DNA from: Muribaculaceae bacterium
GTDB taxonomy: Bacteria > Bacteroidota > Bacteroidia > Bacteroidales > G3-4614
Assembly: GCA_017546805.1 (NCBI GenBank)
Contig: JAFYRT010000032.1
Location: 13,574 to 77,573 of the forward strand
DNA: 64,000 nucleotides
Direction: 5' to 3'
Under the pieces are notes generated by a model. The model saw only the letters and a list, made by a program, of their open reading frames with translations. It did no database searches and was not told the origin of the DNA. The translations under genes were made by a program, and so were the position numbers. This document shows positions 59,388 through 64,000 of the stretch, piece by piece (position 1 is the stretch's first letter; each line of letters begins with the position of its first letter).

Positions 59388-59418
59388 ATTGTTTTTATTT
59401 ATATATTTTGTATCTTTG
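59388..59418 (+). promoter_or_regulatory. probable thrS promoter (ATTG-N19-TATCTTTG)
   Basis: -7 TATCTTTG at 59411-59418 and an imperfect -33 ATTG at 59388-59391, with a 19-nt spacer. This implies a ~90-nt 5' UTR. Confidence 0.45.
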
Positions 59419-59466
59419 TGAAGATAAACTATATATAGAAAAAAGGATTATTATTGTCAGTATGAT

Positions 59467-59503
59467 AATTCCTAATTCCTAATTTATAATTCCTAATTAA
59501 TAA
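59467..59503 (+). repeat. 7-nt periodic tract (AATTCCT-like x5) in the thrS 5' UTR
   Basis: aattcct aattcct aatttat aattcct aattaat. This is the same unit and the same sense orientation as the tract upstream of pyrF. Confidence 0.7.
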
Positions 59504-59515
59504 CAAGATAGTCTG

Positions 59516-61489
59516 ATGATTAAAGTTTCATTACTTAACGGAAATGCTCAAGAGTTTTCGACTGAGAGCAACGAGGTATCACTAATAGATGTATTAAAAT
59601 CTATTGATCCTCAACTTTTAAATAGTGTTGTTGCCGTAAAAATAAACGGCGAAATTACCGATTTAAGAACGACTATCACCACGGATTGCCAAATTGAACT
59701 TGTAACCACAGATAGCAAAGAGGCTCTTCATATTCTTCGCCACACTGCAACTCACATTATGGCAGAGGCTGTTAAACACATCTTCCCAGAGGCTAAAGTT
59801 ACTATTGGTCCTGCAACAGAAACAGGATTCTTCTATGACTTCGAATGCTCTCCTTTCAGCAAAGAGGATTTGGAGAAGATTGAGAAAGAGATGAAGAAAA
59901 TCATTAAATCGAATCCAAGAATTGAACGTAAGGTTGTTTCAAGAGAAGAGGCTTACGAACTAATGAAGGCTAAAAACGAGCCTTTCAAATTGGAACTTAT
60001 CGATGCTATTCCTGAGGGAGAGACTATCACTCTTTACTCGCAAGATGATTTCGTAGACCTATGTATGGGTCCACACTTGTTGAATACAAAGATGATTAAG
60101 GGCTTTAAATTATTGTCTACTTCAACAGCTTATTGGCGTGGTGATAAAAACAATGCTTCACTTTCTCGTATCTATGGTACAGCATTCTTCACCAAAGAGG
60201 ATTGCGATGCTTATCTTGCACACTTGGAGCATATCAAAAACATTGACCACAACAAAATTGGTCGCGAAATGGAGTTGTTCACCACTGTAGATGTAATTGG
60301 ACAAGGATTGCCTTTACTTATGCCTAAAGGTGCTAAAATAGTTCAAACACTTCAACGTTGGATTGAGGATTTGGAAGATAACGAATGGGGTTACATAAGA
60401 ACTAAAACTCCTTTGATGGCAAAGAGCGACTTGTATAAGATTTCGGGACACTGGGATCACTACAAAGATGGTATGTTTGTTCTTGGTAACGAGGAGACAG
60501 ACAAAGAGGTATTTGCTCTTCGTCCTATGACATGTCCATTCCAATATTTCGTATATAAAGCAACTCAACACTCATACCGCGATCTTCCTTTGCGTTATAG
60601 CGAGACCTCTACTCTATTCCGTAACGAGGACTCAGGAGAGATGCACGGTTTGACACGTGTTCGCCAATTTACAATCAGCGAGGGACACTTGATTGTTCGT
60701 CCCGACCAAATGGTTGAGGAGTTCAAAAACTGTTTGGCATTGGCTAAACACGTTATGGTAACTCTTGGATTGCAAAATGACGTAACATACGTTCTTGCAA
60801 AATACGACCCTGCCAATACAACTAAATATATTGGTACTGCTGAGGTTTGGGAAGAGACTCAAGAGCATATTCGTCAAATGTTGCGCGAACTTGAAATTCC
60901 ATTTGTTGAGGAAGTTGGTGGTGCTGCATTCTACGGTCCTAAAGTTGACATAAATGCTAAAAACGTATATGGCAAAGAGGATACAATGATTACTGTTCAA
61001 TGGGATGCTCTATTGAGCGAACAATTTGACATGTACTACATCGACCAAAACGGAGAGAAAGTAAGACCTTATATCATCCACCGTACAAGTATGGGATGCT
61101 ACGAGCGTACTCTTGCTTGGTTGATAGAGAAATATGAGGGTAAATTCCCAACTTGGTTGTCACCCGAGCAAGTTCGTGTATTGCCTATTTCAGACAAATA
61201 CATGGAGTATGCAGATAAAGTTGCTGCAGAACTTAAACGTAACGGTGTACTTGTTACTGTTGACGGAAGAGCTGAGAAAATTGGTTACAAAATCAGGGAT
61301 GCACGCAACAACCGCGTTCCATATATGTTGGTTATAGGACAACAAGAGGAAGAGAGCAACTCGGTTGCAGTTCGCAGTCGCTTTGCAGGCGATGAGGGTA
61401 GCAAACCTTTGAACCAATTTGTATCGGAAATTTGCGAAGAGATTAGGACTAAGACCATTCGCAAAGAGGTTCCTCAAGAGAATAAATAA
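59516..61489 (+). CDS. thrS: threonine--tRNA ligase
   Basis: 657 aa with a TGS domain, the second additional domain (HTATHIMAEA), the class II core (FRNEDSGEMHGLTRVRQF) and an anticodon-binding domain. Confidence 0.95.
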   Translation: MIKVSLLNGNAQEFSTESNEVSLIDVLKSIDPQLLNSVVAVKINGEITDLRTTITTDCQIELVTTDSKEALHILRHTATHIMAEAVKHIFPEAKVTIGPATETGFFYDFECSPFSKEDLEKIEKEMKKIIKSNPRIERKVVSREEAYELMKAKNEPFKLELIDAIPEGETITLYSQDDFVDLCMGPHLLNTKMIKGFKLLSTSTAYWRGDKNNASLSRIYGTAFFTKEDCDAYLAHLEHIKNIDHNKIGREMELFTTVDVIGQGLPLLMPKGAKIVQTLQRWIEDLEDNEWGYIRTKTPLMAKSDLYKISGHWDHYKDGMFVLGNEETDKEVFALRPMTCPFQYFVYKATQHSYRDLPLRYSETSTLFRNEDSGEMHGLTRVRQFTISEGHLIVRPDQMVEEFKNCLALAKHVMVTLGLQNDVTYVLAKYDPANTTKYIGTAEVWEETQEHIRQMLRELEIPFVEEVGGAAFYGPKVDINAKNVYGKEDTMITVQWDALLSEQFDMYYIDQNGEKVRPYIIHRTSMGCYERTLAWLIEKYEGKFPTWLSPEQVRVLPISDKYMEYADKVAAELKRNGVLVTVDGRAEKIGYKIRDARNNRVPYMLVIGQQEEESNSVAVRSRFAGDEGSKPLNQFVSEICEEIRTKTIRKEVPQENK

Positions 61490-61516
61490 TTTTGTTTTCA
61501 TATTATATCCCGAAAG

Positions 61517-61545
61517 AGGCTGGACCAAATGGTTCAGTCTTTTTC
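61517..61545 (+). terminator. intrinsic terminator of thrS
   Basis: aggctggacc aaat ggttcagtct (10 bp including two G-U pairs) followed by ttttt. Confidence 0.65.
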
Positions 61546-61564
61546 TATTTAAACCACTCCATAT

Positions 61565-61595
61565 TTTGACATACAGATATTTATTTTTACTTTTG
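61565..61595 (+). promoter_or_regulatory. Bacteroidota-type promoter of the S8 peptidase gene (TTTG-N19-TACTTTTG)
   Basis: -33 TTTG at 61565-61568 and -7 TACTTTTG at 61588-61595, with a 19-nt spacer. The ATG is at 61619. Confidence 0.6.
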
Positions 61596-61618
61596 CTAAA
61601 TAATTCAATGTCATTATC

Positions 61619-63778
61619 ATGAGAAAACTATTAACTCTTTTAATTCTTATATTCGCAACAATATCATATGTTCAAGCGAACAACAATAAGTTATCAATAA
61701 ACACTCGTAACTTAATACGAGATATAAATGAGAGCAAGAAATCTATGCTAAAATCTTCGAGCGAAGAGTTTTCAAAGATTGGAGCATACATAATTATGGA
61801 AGATGGTGCAGACCCCTACTCTTTGGAGGAGTACGGTGTTGAGGTTAATATGGTATTGGACTCTATTGTATCGGCACGCATTCCACTCGATGCCATCGAT
61901 AATATCTCCACCCTCGACATAATTAAAAAAATTGATGCAGGCGGTAGGGTTAAACCTAAAATGGATAAGGCAAGAGAGGCTGCAAAAATAAACAATATTA
62001 TAAGTGGCATTGATTTACCATCGGCATACTTTGGAAAGGATGTTGTTATTGGTATAATTGACTGCGGCATTCAGTTAGACCACATAAACTTCTACGACGA
62101 AAACGGGAACCTTCGTATAAAACGATTCTGGAACCAACATGTAAGTACAGGAACTCCTCCCGAAGGTTACAGCTATGGAAGTGAGTATAAAACCCAAGCG
62201 GAGATTGAGGCAGCAGGATATGACGAAACATCGGAGACTCACGGTAACCATGTTACAGGTGTTGCCGCAGGCAGCTATAAAGGCAATGAATTTTATGGAG
62301 TAGCACCTCAAAGCGACATTGTTTTTGTCAGCTACAACTACAATGATAATACTGTTGGCTGGAATTCGATAAGTGATGCTATATGTTATATTTATGACTA
62401 TGCCGACAGTGTTGGCAAACCATGCGTTGTTAATATAAGTTTGGGAGACACATACGGTCCTCACGATGGTTGCTCTATTTTTGACCAAGTTTGCGATGCA
62501 TTGCAAGGCGAAGGTAAACTTATTGTTGGTAGTGCAGGAAACGAGGGAACAAACAGACAACATATAAAGAAGACTTTCACATCTACCCAAGATAGTTTGA
62601 GAACATTTGTATCGTTGCTTACCAAATATGGCTCATATTATGCCACTCAATGCGACTTCTACGGAGAACAAAACAAAGAGTTTAAAGTTAAAGTGTGCGT
62701 TGTAAAAACAAGCAACGGAAACATTGTTAACGAAACAGATATTATATCTTCAAACAATATTGGAACTCATACATTCTATCTTTCAAAGGTTAATAATATC
62801 GGAGCCCTTGCATCTATTCAGATAAATTGTGAACTTTATCCAGGAAACAACAAACCTCACGTTTGTGTTGTTGGATTGGCAAGTTCTGTTACAACAGGCT
62901 ACACTTTAGGATTTAAAGTTATTGGAGAAAACGGGAATACAGTTCATGCTTGGACAGACGACTATTACAGCCGATTTACAAACAAATCAAATCTTGAAGG
63001 CTGGACTCCTGGAGATTTAGAGAGCAATATTGCCGAAATTGGAGGTACAGGTAAACGAATTATAAGTGTTGGAGCATATAAGACCAAAGTTTATAGCTCA
63101 ACATCATACATTGGAGAGATATCATCTTTTTCAAGTGTAGGACCTACTGTTGACGGAAGAATGAAACCCGACATCACCGCACCAGGAGAGTATATTGTAT
63201 CTTCATACAGCAACTATTCGACAATAGTCAGCAACAATGCCACAAACATAAGCAGAGGCGACACCGTTAATGTTGACGGAGTAAACTACTATTGGGGTAC
63301 TATGCGAGGAACTTCAATGAGTTCTCCAATTGTTGCAGGAACTTTGGCTTTGTGGTTGGAGGCCAATCCAAACCTTACACCTGAAGATGTCAGAGAGATT
63401 TTTAGCGAAACAGCAATTAGAGATAGCGAAACAGGTAGCGAACCCAACAATACTTGGGGATACGGAAAACTCGATGCTTGGAACGGTTTGAAGAAAGCTT
63501 TGGAATTAACAGGCATTGAAGATAGTTATACCGTTTCTGACAAAGAAGCTGTAAAGGTTTTTGCTTATAATGGAGATGCTAAAGTGTTATTTACGCAGAA
63601 CGTAAACAACTGTTCTATTTCTATTTACGATATCACAGGTAAATGTTTATACAACTCTTTTGTTGGCAATGCAAATGCAGGAGAAGAGGTTTCTGTCAGC
63701 CGTAAAGTGGCTAATGGTATTTACATTATAAAAATAAATGGTGACAATCTTTCAACTGCCACCAAAATTGTTCTATAA
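61619..63778 (+). CDS. S8 family (subtilisin-like) serine peptidase with T9SS C-terminal sorting domain
   Basis: 719 aa with a signal peptide. Catalytic triad context is IGIIDCG (Asp), HGNHVTG (His) and GTSMSSP (Ser). The C-terminal ~80 aa (IYDITGK...GIYIIKINGDNLSTATKIVL) is typical of a T9SS CTD. Confidence 0.88.
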   Translation: MRKLLTLLILIFATISYVQANNNKLSINTRNLIRDINESKKSMLKSSSEEFSKIGAYIIMEDGADPYSLEEYGVEVNMVLDSIVSARIPLDAIDNISTLDIIKKIDAGGRVKPKMDKAREAAKINNIISGIDLPSAYFGKDVVIGIIDCGIQLDHINFYDENGNLRIKRFWNQHVSTGTPPEGYSYGSEYKTQAEIEAAGYDETSETHGNHVTGVAAGSYKGNEFYGVAPQSDIVFVSYNYNDNTVGWNSISDAICYIYDYADSVGKPCVVNISLGDTYGPHDGCSIFDQVCDALQGEGKLIVGSAGNEGTNRQHIKKTFTSTQDSLRTFVSLLTKYGSYYATQCDFYGEQNKEFKVKVCVVKTSNGNIVNETDIISSNNIGTHTFYLSKVNNIGALASIQINCELYPGNNKPHVCVVGLASSVTTGYTLGFKVIGENGNTVHAWTDDYYSRFTNKSNLEGWTPGDLESNIAEIGGTGKRIISVGAYKTKVYSSTSYIGEISSFSSVGPTVDGRMKPDITAPGEYIVSSYSNYSTIVSNNATNISRGDTVNVDGVNYYWGTMRGTSMSSPIVAGTLALWLEANPNLTPEDVREIFSETAIRDSETGSEPNNTWGYGKLDAWNGLKKALELTGIEDSYTVSDKEAVKVFAYNGDAKVLFTQNVNNCSISIYDITGKCLYNSFVGNANAGEEVSVSRKVANGIYIIKINGDNLSTATKIVL

Positions 63779-63796
63779 ATTAGAAATAATTTCTAT

Positions 63797-64000
63797 TTAC
63801 ATATCTAAAAGTCCATCGGGGAGGTTCATTGCAATCTCCCTTTTTTCGTCATCAATATTCTCTACAAAATCGTCAGTAGCAGGAATAAGCAATTCCTCCC
63901 CACTCTCTGTTACAACAGAAAACAATATATTTGCCGTACTATCATCAACACCCTCTATTGTTCCTATCAGCTTACCATCGGAATATATTTTGTAACCCAA
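63797..64000 (-). CDS. rimM: 16S rRNA processing protein RimM (C-terminal part; gene runs off the window)
   Basis: PRC-barrel-like C-terminus (GKLIGTIEGVDDSTANILFSVV...LIPATDDFVENIDDEKREIAMNLPDGLLDM) with the stop at 63797. Confidence 0.7.
   Translation of the reverse strand: MGYKIYSDGKLIGTIEGVDDSTANILFSVVTESGEELLIPATDDFVENIDDEKREIAMNLPDGLLDM

Noticed and set aside
59332-59515. T-box, riboswitch or thrS-operator-like leader upstream of thrS; the same check was made upstream of pheS (56631-56767) and valS.
   Set aside because: I could find no specifier-loop/T-box sequence, no anticodon-arm mimic and no terminator/antiterminator pair. Only the heptad tract and a promoter are evident.
62075-62590. 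171-aa minus-strand ORF inside the S8 peptidase gene.
   Set aside because: It is antisense to a gene with an intact catalytic triad, and nothing supports it independently.

Overview
This looks like a low-GC Bacteroidota (Bacteroidales-like) chromosomal segment. Supporting signs are a SusC/SusD pair, two proteins with T9SS C-terminal sorting domains, a BamD plus omega-like gene pair, and several TTTG-N19-TAnnTTTG promoters. I call about 42 protein genes. Most are core housekeeping: ppdK, a phosphohexomutase, valS, uvrB, ygiQ-type radical SAM, miaA, nadE, maeB, lon, pgk, pyrF, prfA, an aromatic amino-acid operon, tilS, pheS, nth, ybaK, thrS and a partial rimM. I saw no rRNA, tRNA, CRISPR array, transposase, integrase or prophage genes. 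The accessory content is surface or secreted. It comprises a protease-associated SusC/D locus (Met-zincin, SusC, SusD, a 1036-aa internally duplicated T9SS protein, with DPP-IV next door), two tandem paralogous lipoproteins (one with a collagen-like G-X-Y stalk), an LRR protein, a GH20 hexosaminidase and a T9SS subtilase. The most interesting signals are non-coding. (1) At 3790-4191 there are two tandem, terminator-capped structured RNAs on the minus strand. One carries a 25-aa hydrophobic ORF whose 3' coding region is complementary (16 bp) to an 18-nt 5' element conserved in both units. This layout resembles a type I toxin-antitoxin module, which to my knowledge is not established in this phylum. 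(2) At 52977-53190 there is a textbook-looking leader-peptide attenuator, MKNLQSTFAYFFFYYFYFFAK, with antiterminator and terminator alternatives, in front of the aminotransferase / DAHP synthase-chorismate mutase / prephenate dehydrogenase operon. (3) A family of 7-nt-periodic intergenic repeats recurs next to hairpins in several spacers and 5' UTRs. All functional calls come from motif recognition by eye; no searches were run.
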